Shown here: positions 13,268 to 25,745 of the stretch, piece by piece
Layout: each line of letters begins with the position of its first letter
Position numbering within the stretch: position 1 is the first letter of the stretch
NCBI RefSeq assembly: GCF_009914755.1
Contig: NC_060944.1
Origin: the human T2T-CHM13v2.0 reference genome, Homo sapiens
Length of the DNA stretch: 64,000 bases
Direction: 5' to 3' (one strand)
Program-made: the position numbers and the translations under genes
Notes under the pieces: model-generated
Seen by the model: the letters and a program-made list of their open reading frames with translations, nothing else
Databases searched by the model: none
Told to the model about the DNA's origin: nothing

Positions 13268-14288
13268 GTGCCATTTCCAAGTTCCTCAGTGTTGTGTAAT
13301 AGTAACTTTTAAAAAATAACAAAAAAATCAGGTTCACCCTATTCAACCATTTATTCACAGAAATGATTTAAATTCACTATACCTTGAGAACTCTGCCATA
13401 CTAACAATCCCTGCTCAGTCCAAGGGTCGACTGCATTACAAGAGTGTGTGTTTTTGCAAACACAAACAAGTGCATACCCAGCAGACCCCTACCAAGGTCC
13501 TTCATATTCACAGAAGATGAGAGTAGACTCAACTGAACACAATAACGATGGAGAATTCTGCTGTTAACAGGCCCCTATCCCCCACCACTCTATCAGGCAC
13601 TTTGAGACAGAGTATGTGGGAAGCAACTCTAAAAATGAGACCCACCTCAAATTTTCCACAGTGAACATGTATTTTTATAATCTACTCATGCCCATCCTCA
13701 ACCTTGAGATTGTTTCCTATGAACCACTCTAACAACAGCAGGCATAAATAGGGTATACCATGGGGATTTTAGGAATACGAATAAGGACACAGAGAGTAAC
13801 TCATCTGGGAAGAGTGAGATAATCAAGAAAGCAGAGATGTCTTGAGGAATGCCACCTTCCTTAAACCCCTGCCCAAATACCTCTTATCAAGACTCCTGAC
13901 CTCGGAGGCAGTCCAGTGGGTAAGAAATCCCCCAACTTCCCATTTCCCCACCTTACTACCCTCCACGCCCACAAACTGGACACATGTACCTTTCTCTATT
14001 GCCAGGTGTGAGCAGTCTACAGGAGGTACTTTAATAGCAAGGGGTTGAAGTACCAGAAAGCAGTTTGGATCTGGGCTGTAATGACGACGAGACATGTGAA
14101 TGTCTTCTCCCCTGTAAAATGCTGACAACATGTGCCTCAGAGGGCCTCAGGAGAATTAAAAGGGATGGCAATCTATGGCGTCTGCCACATGGTGAAGACT
14201 AGCTATAGGCAGCTATTTGTGCTACCTGTCCTTATGGTCATCCCTCCAGTGTCACAGGAAGAAGACGTAAATGACGAAGAAGATGTTT

Positions 14289-14458
14289 TAATGATGTAAA
14301 AACAAACAATATAAAAGCTCCCATTCCTTCTTACACTCACCATCTAAGGATGCTCCTATTAAGAAAAAGGGTGCCAAGTTTCAATCAGAACATTTTGAAA
14401 GTTTTCTTTTTTTAAATTACTCCTCTCTCTCCAGTTCAAAAACTCTGCAACAGTGCCT
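14289..14458. repeat. Local direct duplication, copy 2 (~170 bp)
   Basis: taatgatgt..aacaaacaatataaaagctcccattcct...ctgcaacagtgcct is shared with 13087-13267. Confidence 0.9.
14341..14355 (-). other. Putative 15-nt micro-exon (copy 2)
   Basis: ccctttttcttaatAG|GAGCATCCTTAGATG|GTGAGTgt on the minus strand. Confidence 0.3.
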
Positions 14459-14729
14459 CATCTCCTGGGGACAAGTAACCTTTCCATCTGTATTTGAGAT
14501 CCACCCTCTCTCCCCCTTCTCAGTCACCTCAGTCTCTTGATTACCTCCCAGTTACTCTTTCCTCATTTCATTCAGGACTCTCCTCAAATATCACCTTAGC
14601 AGCAATGCCTTCCCTAGCCAGCCTACAGAAAACAGCACCCCCACCTCCCACCCACCACCACTCTGTTACTCTCTTATTCTAATTTCATTTTCCTCCACCA
14701 GGTACTTATTACTCCCTGATATTATATTA

Positions 14730-14905
14730 CAGTAATACCTTACTTAATGTCCAGACTCTTGGAAAAAGCTACACCTTTCAGTGGAACAACGACTTTAAGT
14801 GAAACAACTTAAGGCAGGTCCTCTAATCAACATTATTTCATTACAATGTTGATGAGAAAAAAAATTAGTTTCCTTAAATGCTGTTTTGCTTAAAGTAAGG
14901 ACTTC
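14730..14905. mobile_element. Tigger-class DNA transposon relic (MER6-like)
   Basis: cagtaataccttacttaatgt...gactttaagtgaaacaac...caggtcctctaat...gttgatgagaaaaaaaa motifs. Confidence 0.45.
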
Positions 14906-14944
14906 CTATGTATCTATTTGGTTTTAAGCTTATTGCCTGTTCCT

Positions 14945-14945
<1 letters not shown>

Positions 14946-14976
<31 letters not shown>
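14946..14976. repeat. (CA)n microsatellite
   Basis: About 15 CA units. Confidence 0.95.
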
Positions 14977-14978
<2 letters not shown>

Positions 14979-15239
14979 GTAAACTTTGTCTTGTTCATGC
15001 TATACTCCCTGAGTCTGGAATAGGATTGAGCTCCTAGCAGGTGTGCAATAAGCATTCTTTGAATGGAAGAATCATTTCTTCTCCCTAAGTTATCACTAAA
15101 TGTCTCCCTTTGTATAGCTCTCCTCCTCTCAAGAAAGAAACAGGTTTAACTCTATCTCAAAACAGTAACAACATGAACAAATCCTCTACACACCTGAAAG
15201 TTCACTTCCTCCCATATTACTTCCCTAAAGCTGTTCTTG

Positions 15240-16470
15240 ACAATCACTCCCTAGTTACCAAACCTAATGGGCATTTTTAGGCTTTGAGTGCTTTGCAGCA
15301 TTTTAAACTATGGACCATTTCCTCTTCTTAAAATTCTCATCTCACTGGTTTCTTGATCCCTCTGATTGCAGGCTTCTAGGCTTAGCTTCCTCCCTAGAAT
15401 CCTCCTATTATAAAACCCAATCCTTAAATATCACTGTTCCCAGGGTTCAATGCTGTCAATACCAGAAAGGCTCCCTGAGTTTTCTACTCAACTCCCAAAC
15501 TTCATCTCTTTGCACAATGACCACTGCACATTTGCAAATCCAAGCCCTCCTCTTGACCTCTATGTGGCTATATCCAACCACATCCTGGCCAGTTCCTGAG
15601 ACATTCCACAGGTACCAACAAAGAACCCCACAACTCTTCCAAAACGAAACTCAGTACCACCTTTACACACACACACGCACACATACACACACACACACAC
15701 TCTCTCTACCTGCTCCTGTGTTCCCCATCAGAGGTTAATGTCCTGCAACCTGCCATGCCACCCAGCCCAGAACTGAGTTATCCTTGATTCCTTCCCTTTC
15801 CCGTAACTCCTTTAATTCCAGAATCCCTTGGTTCCTCTCCAGTCGACTCCGGTTTATTCCCATATATTTTTGTTGTCATTTTTGCCTGAAACAGCCTCTT
15901 AAGTGCTTCTCTATTTTCCATGTCTCCTACCCTCACCCCCATCACCCTCATTGCTACCAACAGTATGTTTTCCTAAAGTGCAAACAAAATCAGATGCTAT
16001 CTCTTCAGTGGGTATTGTGTCTTAAAAAAAATAAAAACATATTCCTCATAACACAGAGCCCTGCATAAGCGATCTGGCCTCTGGTTCTTGTCTACTGCTC
16101 TGACATTATTTCCACCATTCATCCAACTATACTGAACACCTGTGGGTTCCGACTCCTGCCCTGCTCATTCAGGTCTTATTCAGGCCCTGCCTTGTGTGGT
16201 CTCATCCTTCAAAATTCAGATCTGGTGTCATGTTCTCCGGGATGTCTTCCCTGACCTGCCTAAATCTCATAAGCATCTTGTGATAGGCACTAAACTAAAG
16301 CAGCTGTATCACCATGTTATTATCATCTTTTACCTGTCTGTGCATGCCATTAGCTGTGGAGGGCCCAAGCACCCTCCAGGGAGGGACCCTGTCCTGCAGT
16401 GTAGCACTCAGTGCCTGACATTTGGACTCTTCAGTGATTACCTGTGGAATGAGTAAGTGAATTAATGGGA
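15240..16470 (+). mobile_element. Degenerate L2 fragments
   Basis: Pyrimidine-rich L2-like sequence ending in cagtgcctgaca...tggaatgagtaagtgaattaatg (L2 tail). Confidence 0.5.
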
Positions 16471-16818
16471 AAGCTGTGTTTACTGAAAAGGCTTTGAACT
16501 ACTTTCAATGTAACTAGTGACCTCTTTTTTTTTTCCTCCTAATCCAATCAAATTTCTCAGTATTCTTCCTTCACACCTTTTCAAATACATGTACTTAGCT
16601 TAAGAATTCAATAGAAATATAAAGCCTAAAACAAATAAAAAAAAAAACAGTCCCCGATTCTACTCCCCACTCCTGATTCACTATTCCCAGAGGCAGTCAT
16701 TTAAACTTCAGCTGTTCCTTCTGCTCCTTTCCATTCTATTTTAAATAACATGGTTATTACTGCTATTAGATTTTCTTTTCGATTTTAGGCATTATTTTAT
16801 TGGCTTCTTCCTATGGAA

Positions 16819-16995
16819 CAGGAGTCAGCAAGTATTTTTATAAAAAGGCCAGATAATAAATATTTTAGGCTTTGTAGGCCATATGGTCTCAGTTGCAACT
16901 ACTCAATTCTGCTGTGATGTGAAAACAGCCATAGACAAATATGCAAACAAATGGGTATGGCTGTGTTCCAATAAAACTTTTTTTCAAAAACAGGA
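16819..16995. mobile_element. MER58A-like hAT-Charlie relic
   Basis: aggccagataataaatattttaggctttgtaggccatatggtctc...ggctgtgttccaataaaactttattt. Confidence 0.8.
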
Positions 16996-16999
16996 AGTC

Positions 17000-18050
17000 C
17001 TCCTACTATAGAAGATGAAGTGTTATCTTCCCAATATAGTTATTATCACCCTTATTTATTAAATCAACATTTAATTCACAGCTAAGCCATGAACTATACT
17101 TTGCTGAAACTTTGTGTCATTTTTTTCCCTGAAGATAATAACTACCTCATTTAAAAATTTGCATGGTTTTCTATGAATCACTAACTTCTCCTAAAATGCT
17201 CCTCTAAAACCTTGAAACTCCTTTCAATCTAAGCTCAATGTTCTTCTCTTGGGTCATTATAGGTAGAGTCCTCCATCAGGAGTCCTTCATCATTGTCTCT
17301 AATCTGCCTCCTGGGACTTCTCCTCACCATCCTCCCAGAGACTCACTCCCTCAGTCTCTCTCCATGGTGGACTCCTAGGTTTCTCCTCTCTAGGTTTACA
17401 CTCTCATTTTAGTGAAGCACAACATCTAGTAATGCTCTAGAAAATCCTAAAAATGAGATGTAAGTTTTTAAGACCTTCATGTCTGAAAATGTTTCTATTC
17501 TATCTGGATGGACTGGTGGGTTGCAAATCACAGGCTGGAGGTCAATTTCTCCTTGGAATTTTGAGAGCACTACTCCATTGTTCTATTCCTTCCACCACTT
17601 ATTTTGAAGAATCTGAACAATTCTGATTTCTGCCCATTTGTATGTGACATCTCTTCCTTTTTGGAAAGCTTTTAGAATCATCTTTTCAAAATGATGTGCC
17701 TTGGGGCTATTTTCACCCATGAGGTTAGGTACCTGGTGGATTCTTTCTCAATCTGGAAACTGTCAGATTTTTCAGTTTTGAGAATTCCTCTGGTATTATT
17801 TCTTCATAATTCCCTCCCTATTGTTTTCTTTTAATGGAACTCATGTTACTATTTGAATGATGGACCTTCTTGGCTGTACCTCTAATTTTCTGTCTCATTT
17901 ACAACAAAACAAAAAAAAAACTCTTCATGTTCTACTTTCTGAGAAGTTTCCTCAACTTTCTCTTTCAAGCCTTCTTTTTTCTTTATAGCTAATATGTTTT
18001 TAACATTCAATAATTCTTTTTTGAGTGTGCTCTGATATTTTATTTTTATA
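17000..18050 (-). mobile_element. Old L1M fragment, antisense
   Basis: T-rich degenerate L1 motifs (catgtctgaaaatgtttctattc, gaattttgagagcactactccattg). Confidence 0.5.
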
Positions 18051-20139
18051 GTCTCCTAAACTCATGTCAACTAACCAATAATGGAAGGGCATTCAAATGA
18101 CAAATGGTTACTCTTTTCTTTCAAAGATGACCCTGTGGTCTAGTGGAAACATTTCTGCACAACCAGAATACTCAAACTAGCATGAGGAAAGGCTTCTGTA
18201 ACAGTTTTAAGGATTTCTCATATATTCAAGCTCTGGCTGAGAATATTTTTGCCTTAAAGGTGCCAGAGCACCAAAATATACTGAGGGTTTGATTTTTTTT
18301 TTTTGTATTATGAATTCTTTTAGATGCCCAAAAGTTTTCTTTGAAACATACGGCAATTTGTAAATTAGATCAACTTCGGTGAAAAATTATCTTTTGTGTA
18401 TAAGTCAGGCAAAAGAAAGTCTGTATAGGTAAATTTCTGATGTTCTCTACTACAGGCTAGAGAAAACCTATCACCTTAAACTCAAGACGACATGTCAAAA
18501 AATATCCTTATCTGTAAGATTAAAAGAGGGCCATGAGGACAGGGACCGTATCTATTTTGACTATTGTCTAACTAATATTAGCATAGTATTTGATAAATTA
18601 GTAAATATACTAATAGCATATATGGACTTATCAATAGTGGGTCAAAAGAGAAAGATCTTACACACAGCTGTAAAGCTTGGACTAAAAATCCATCTCTCCA
18701 AAAATGTGAACACCTAACTTAAAATATCTGCCAAATATTACTTGTGAGAAGGCACTAGTACTGTCATCACTTCCAAACTGAGGAAGCTCTGTGCTTGGCC
18801 GGTCTGAAAGGATGCATTACCATCATTAACATTAAGACTCTACTCCTCAAAAGAAGTGTTTTAAACATTCAACGAATTAATTTTAGAGTAAAAGCTCTGT
18901 TACCCTGCATGTGGGTAATATAAGCCAAAAGGCAAATCAACAGTAGTGATTTTAATCCTTGTCTGTGAGGAGATGGCAAAAGCCAGTAGTAGAAGTGACA
19001 ACAACCTCCTAAGAAACTCTCACTACTGAACCAAGAGTATTAGGAAAGCCCATTCTGAGAACCTTCCTGTGGGCCAGCTGCTGAATAACAAGGCTTTTAC
19101 TCACTGAATGACTCTCCTCTGGCTATTCAAAGTAATTACTATTAACTTGAAGCAGTATCCTATGTTGCTATAATTCCTATAACCTGTTTTACCTGAGATG
19201 ATATAAAGGTATAAACTAAGGAAGCTTTCTATAGTCCAGAAATACCTCAAACAATGCCACATTCGCACAATCAGAACTGAATGGGATCTCTGAGGTCACA
19301 TGGCCAAACTCTTTGATTTCAGTGATGAGTGAGGCACATTCGCACAATTCAAGAGGAGAAATACCAACTCCAGTTCATCTTCCTTGGTCAGAAAAAAATC
19401 ATTTCTAAATCCTAATCTGCTCATAAAAATCAATTAGCTTGATAATAATTACTATTAAGAAGAACAGTAGAAGCAAGTGGCCAGACCCTTCTAGAGCTAT
19501 CATATATCACATTGTAAGGTAAAATCTGACTGTACTTTTTTGTTGTTGTTGGTCCCTATGTCATAATGTCAATTGACCCAGATCAGGAATGAACACAGCT
19601 GTGAACACAGGACTGAATAAACCAATTTCTTGACAGCCAAGCCCATTCAAGCTTCAGAGCCCTGAAAATTCAAGTCATAATCTTATGGGGGAAGACAAAG
19701 GGTTTTACAAACAACACTCTATATATTCAGTTTCAAGAGGTCTCACCAGTAACACAAGAACTTTTCACTCATTACATTTTAATGTCTTTTGTGGTAGAAC
19801 AGCAGTACCTGTAGACTTGGGAGTGAAGATATCTGGGTTCTGAACACAAGCGTTGTGGGATTTGGGCAACTTATTTGATCTCCCTGGGTCTCAGTTTCTT
19901 CATTTACAGAACTGGTACAAAAGCCAATCATATGAGACTGACACATGGGCTAAAAACAAAAAGTTACTCTGTTAACATTGAAATGAGAAGCCATCTACAA
20001 AATAGCTTAAACATGTTTTGGGGCGCTAAAAATGATCTAGATGACATTTTCTCTTCCCGTTTTCCAAAACAGCATATAAGACACAAAAAACTCACAACTC
20101 CCAATGTAAACTCCCTCTTGGGGGTATTTTAAAAACAGA

Positions 20140-20480
20140 GTTATAAAAAAGAACAAACTACTTATACACACAACATGGATGAATCTCAAATGCATTATGC
20201 TGAGTGAAAGAGGACAAATTGAAAAGTCTATATACTGTATGATTTCATTTATATGACATTCAAGAAAAGGTAAAATTGTAGGAACAAAAAACATACCAGT
20301 GGTTGGGGTTGGGGACAGGAGAGGGTCAACTATAAAGAGAATTTTAGGGGATAATGAAACTGTTCTATATCTTGATTGTGATGTTCATTACACAACGGTA
20401 TGCATTTGCTGAAACTCAAAGAATTCCTCACCAGAAAGCGGACATTTTTCCGTGTGAAAAAAGTTAATAAAATTTTTAAA
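20140..20480 (+). mobile_element. Old L1M (ME/MD/MC-type) 3' end
   Basis: caacatggatgaatctcaaatgcattatgctgagtgaaag...atactgtatgatttcatttatatgacatt...aaactgttctatatcttgattgtg. Confidence 0.75.
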
Positions 20481-20895
20481 AATCTTACTTAAAGGCTATG
20501 TTAATCCAAAGTTAATGAGTAATTCAATTAAAAAATTGTTTTCTAAACACCCAACATGTATAATGGGTGACCAATAGGTGAAGAGGAATCAGCAAAGGCA
20601 GGTGAAGTTTGGGGCTGGAGATAAGTGATGGAGAGAGGCTCTCAAAATGCCTGGCTAGGCAGTTTGAATTGAATCTTCTATGTAATGGGGAGCCATTAAT
20701 TGAAGATTTCTGAGAAAAGGACAAAAATTATCAAAGTTTGTTTGATGTAAAGATTCATCAGGTAGGAATAGGTAGGGCAGGCTTGGGGTCCAAGAAGACC
20801 AGTGAGTCATACCCAGGTAGAAGTAACAGTAAACAGCAGGCTAGCAAATAAAACAGAAGAGAAGTCATGGAGTCCAAGAAAATGAAGATAATGGA

Positions 20896-21191
20896 TTTTT
20901 TTTTTTTTTTTGAGATAGAGATTCACTATTGTCACCCAGGCTGGAGTGCAGTGGCGCGATCTCAGCTCACTGCAACCTCTGCCTCCTAGATTCAAGCAAT
21001 TCTCTGCCTCAGCCTCCCGAGTAGCTGGGATTACAGGTGCCTGCCACCACACCCGGCTAATTTTTGTATTTTTAATAGAGACGGGTTTTCATCATGTTGG
21101 CCAGGCTGCTCTTGAACTCCTGACCTCATGATCCACCCGCCTCGGCCTCCCAAAGTGCTGGGATTACAGGCGTGAGCCACCGCGCCCAGCT
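20896..21191 (-). mobile_element. AluS (Sg/Sc-like)
   Basis: Poly-T followed by a reverse-complement Alu dimer; flanking tggatt(t/c)tttt. Confidence 0.93.
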
Positions 21192-21859
21192 GGATTCTTT
21201 TTAAGTGGCCTAAGATGCTAGAATGCTGGTATTGGCAAGAGGCATCAGGGCACGAGAAAGAGGTAACTTTTGGGAGAGTAGATGGATAAGTTCTATTACA
21301 GACAGGCTAAATTTGAAGGAAAAGTGAAGACTGAGTCACAGTGAGAAAGAATCCAAGGCTCAGGCAATGTAATCCTTTTATCTTAAGATAATGAAACTTA
21401 GGGTTAGAGCTGTCAAATGATCTGCCCAAAGCTTCACATTGACTCCGAAGTACAATAATTAGATTTCCTGGATTCCAATTCGGCTCTCTTAGTACTACAT
21501 CAAGCTGCCTTGCAGACAAATGAAAATAATAAAGTGAGAGATCAGGACTGGAAATGTTCTATTTGGGGCGCTCAGAGAGTGGGCAGAGGTTGGAAAGGTA
21601 TTCTACAAATACAACAGTCTAGAAGTGCAGCAGTAAAGATGAAATGAAATTAACAAAGGCTGACCAATGATAAATATCATTCTATGGAAAGTGGGAGAAC
21701 AAGTACAAAGAGAATTCTAACTTTTCTAGCCTGGGAGACTGGGAAGATGATATTAGTACCATTAAGAGGGAAAAACAGTCAACAGGAAGAGCTGGCTCCA
21801 TGGAGTAAGACAACGCATTTGGTTTTAGACATGGTGACTCTGCTGACATCCATGAGAAG

Positions 21860-22015
21860 CAGTTCTCAATAATGGCTGAAGCACATTAAAAAAAAATTCA
21901 CTCCCATCTCCAAAAGATTCCAATTTAACTGGTCTGAGGTGACACCCCACATAATTTTCTAAACTCTCTCAGATGACTCTAATAGGCAGCCAGGTTGGAG
22001 GACCTCTACTCTGGA
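21860..22015. mobile_element. MER5-like hAT relic
   Basis: gcagttctcaa...aaactctctcagatgactctaataggcagccaggttggaggacctct. Confidence 0.55.
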
Positions 22016-22206
22016 AAAACATCCGAGCAGAAACTCAACCATGAAATCACTATGCCATGTACTCTCCCTGACAGATTGCATTTTCTAGTACTTATTAGAG
22101 AGTAGGTAGGGGGAAAAATGAAGGGGCAGTGAGATAGTGAGGGAAGGGATAACTACTAGCTTTTGGGGGGAATGGAAAAAAGTCTCCAAAGTCCCACACA
22201 ATGGTT

Positions 22207-22716
22207 TGTGTGGTGTAAAGCCTAAAATTCAGGCCCAATATTATGTGCTGCCTTGGTATCTGAAACTGGAAAGACCTCCAATGGTCTATCCCCAAGTTCC
22301 CTTCCCCACTCTGCTCCTGTGGATAAGGTCCCCTAACCAAACCTCCATCCTTACTGAGGGGACCATGTGCAGTTCCTTCTTATGCCCAAGTAGAGGATTT
22401 CCATTTCTTGCCAGCCTGTAGAATTACTCATGCAAGTCAATCACATCCTCCCATGGGAACCAGGGGTCACCCCGTCCTCTTGGTACTACAAAGCCTGCCT
22501 CCCATAGACCCTGGATGTTCACCCTTTTCCCAAGTACAATCCCTGTGTGGCCCTGGGTGGTGTGTGGTGTCTCCTCCCGCAGGCTATGAGTGTACGTGAA
22601 CAATAAACTGCTGCTGATCTCATCTGCCCAGTGTTAGGTGTACTGTGCTTGGTCATCCCTATAATCCTGTGTCAGGAATCTCACACAAATGGGGTGAATA
22701 GGAGGTAACTAAAGCA
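22207..22716 (+). mobile_element. LTR of ERVL/ERV1 class (family uncertain)
   Basis: taaaattcaggcccaatattatgtgctgccttg start; U3/R-like region with aataaa near 22602; TG..CA-like ends. Confidence 0.55.
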
Positions 22717-22719
22717 AAT

Positions 22720-23720
22720 AGCATCATGAACAAGAGGGCCCAACCGTGACCAAGGACACCTGGTTAGTTTCAACTTATTTCTCTTAGCTAACTAACTAGT
22801 TCCATTATATGGTGAAGGCCACATGGGACAGAATCACCAGTTGCTGCTGGGCTTGCACTATGGCCTACACAGCTCTTAACTGTCTTTGTTGGATGTTGTC
22901 ATCTCTTCCCACCCTAAAAGGCACTTGTCCCCAAGATAAGACTCTGTTGTTAATTGACTGTACCCTGGTGTGATGCGCCATCAGGTCTGGCCTATGTGTG
23001 GCAGGTGTTCTCTGAGGCTCCTGCCTGTAAAGTGGTAACAACACAGTGCCTTAACCAGTAAGCACTTAAGTCCCCCTTATCAAGGGTCAAGCTACAGCTC
23101 TTCGGTCACTGTGTCTAGCCTGATGACCATCACTGGCCACTTGGGGCAGGCATACACACACTGTTTATGATTGTGTACCCCAGGAACAGGCTCAGGGACA
23201 GCTGTTAAGTTTTTGGAAAGGGAGACCACCACCCTGGGGGAGACTTAAGCATGGCTCCTTGGTTGTGTAGTTCCAGCAAAGGTAGTGGTGGTCTTGCCTG
23301 TCTCCTGTGCTGCTGCTTCCCTTGCTGTTGTCATGTACACTCTCCTGATCCCCAAGTAGGTATCAGTGTGCACGTCCATGGTGGCTTGTGGTTCAGGTAC
23401 TGATGAAAAAAAAAAAGGGGGTGAGCATTTGGTACCAGGCCCTCCCAAAACACAGGAAGAGAGAAGTCAAATGCTCTTCCCATGTGAAACTCTTAACGTG
23501 CCTGGGCTCTGCTCAGTTCTGCTGCTTACCAGCATGCCAAGGAGCTAATTTTATGTTCACAGGGCTCAATAAGCCCCATCCAGGCCACAGACAAAATGAC
23601 CTTGCTGGATGTGGACTCCAACCCAGGAAGATTGACTGGCACTCCCTGAAGGAACACAAGGCTGCTATGAGGCGGGCTTGCAGGCTCCTAAACCTCTCCC
23701 TGTAACTACACAGATGTCTA
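22720..23720. mobile_element. Degenerate ERV internal-like sequence next to the LTR
   Basis: Higher GC and adjacent to the LTR; no intact motif recognised. Confidence 0.3.
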
Positions 23721-25451
23721 CAGCATGAGTGACTGGATGGAGACAAACACTGAAAATCATACTCTACATGGCTAAAAATCCAAAATATTCTGAGAAAATA
23801 TGTAAAGAGAAAAAAGAATAAAAGTAAAAAAGCAAGGCTGTAGCAGAGGATGGTTTCAATCCAAGGGTGAAGTACACAGAAAGCAATTAAAATAGCTTGA
23901 TAAAACTATCATTTAAAAGGACCATATAAGCACATTTTAGACAAGATAGATAGATACTTCAGATAATATTACTTGATACAAGGAAACAAAATATTTCAAA
24001 CAAATAACTCATATAATTAAACACAGATAAAATCTTGAGGGATATAACCGTACATAATTCTGTTTAAATTCTTTATCTACATTCATATAGCCCTCCATTT
24101 GAATTCTGAATTGTTAAACAAAATTGTTTTGGATCAATTTATGGTAAGGAACAAAGTTTATCTGATAGCTATCCAAGATGGCAGGGAAACAAAGTAAACA
24201 CATTAACAAAATTATAACAGACAATACTTAGCAGAGAAAAGTTTGTACTTTGAGATAATTAATAAAAGAAAAACCACATATTTATGGTTGCCCAGGCTCA
24301 GCACTCTTCAATCTACAGAAAACAGAAGAGTTGGCCCAAGTGGCAAGTCAATCTATAATTGGAAAACAGCTCCTCAACCAAACCTGTGGAATTCCTAGCA
24401 ATAAAAAGATGGGCTTCCTCCTATAACTCTGCTGTATTAAAGTAAAATTTTTAAAAACCCAATATTTTTCCAAAGTGTTTTTTTCCCTTTGTTTAAAGAG
24501 AAGACACATAATGGATTCTGAATCTGACACAAATTCCTTCCATTCAGGTTTTATGGATGAAATGCTAAAACCTACTTCCACATCCTACATCAAATTACCT
24601 TTGCAAACCAAGAAGGATGCTGCACCCTGATGGCTTCCACAGTCATTTCTGCCTCCTAAGAGCTGTTCAACTCTGGCACCTCCTGCACTTTCCTTAGGGT
24701 CTGAGAATTTTTGTTTAATATAAATTGAGAATGTTTTTCAAACTCTGGATTTTTCAAAGATGAGTATCAGTTCTTAATCCCCTCCCACTTCCAATTCCTC
24801 CTTCCTAGAAGCCTAAGAGGGAGGGAGTACTGAGGTAAACACAAAACTAGTCTGTTGGGGAAAATACATAGAGCAGGACATGGCATGAGGTGACCAAGAG
24901 GTATGGAAAAAGTTCTCCTTGCAAAAGCAAACAGAAAGCTCTGGGTGAATGATGAGGCAGGTGGCTAGCAATAGGATCCTCCTGCCAAACAAAAAATGTC
25001 CTGGTTCTCCCAATCTGGTTGTAGTACACTAAAAGCAGAAACTGCAGGCAATAAGCAGAATATTTAGGAGGCCACTTTAGGCCAACTTAAGCCCATCCAC
25101 AAAAATCTGTTAACACCATCTACACCATATGTGATTCATTTAATTTGCCTACAAATTGGTACAGACTTGGTCACCTACTTTAAACTCATACTATATTAGC
25201 AAACCACTACTAACTTCTAATACCTAAATAAAACTAGTTGTTTGCCTAAAAGTGAAGTTTTCAGATTGGCATGGGGCACTACTTTAGGGGGACTGGTCTG
25301 AGAGATGACAGAATTCATGCCCAGAATGAGCACAAGAATCACAGAATAAAGCCTGTTTGTTTCTTGGTAAACAGTACCAATATCCAGATCAAAAAGTAAC
25401 CATTTTATAACATAAACTTAACTTCTTACCATGTATCACCTCCTGCATATA

Positions 25452-25745
25452 CAGTCAGCCCTCCACATCCTCAGAATTAAAGATCAAAAATATTTAATAA
25501 CAATAAGGCAATTAAAATATAAAATTTTTAAAAATATAAAAATACAACTTTTTAAAATACAGTACAACAACTATTTACATATAGCATTTATACTGTATCA
25601 GAGATGATTTAAAGTATATGGGAGGATGTGAGTAGGTTATAGGCAATTACTATGCCATTTTAAATAAGGAACTGGAGCAACCTCAAATTTTGGCATGGGA
25701 TGGGTGTCCTGGAACCAATCCCCCATGGACACTGAGGGACTACTG
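25452..25745. mobile_element. MER2-like Tigger MITE
   Basis: Terminal inverted repeats cagtcagccctc / gagggactactg with TA flanks; internal agagatgatttaaagtatatgggaggatgtg. Confidence 0.85.

Noticed and set aside
15310-16456. 94-142 aa ORFs
   Set aside because: They lie in decayed L2 and microsatellite sequence, with no coding features.
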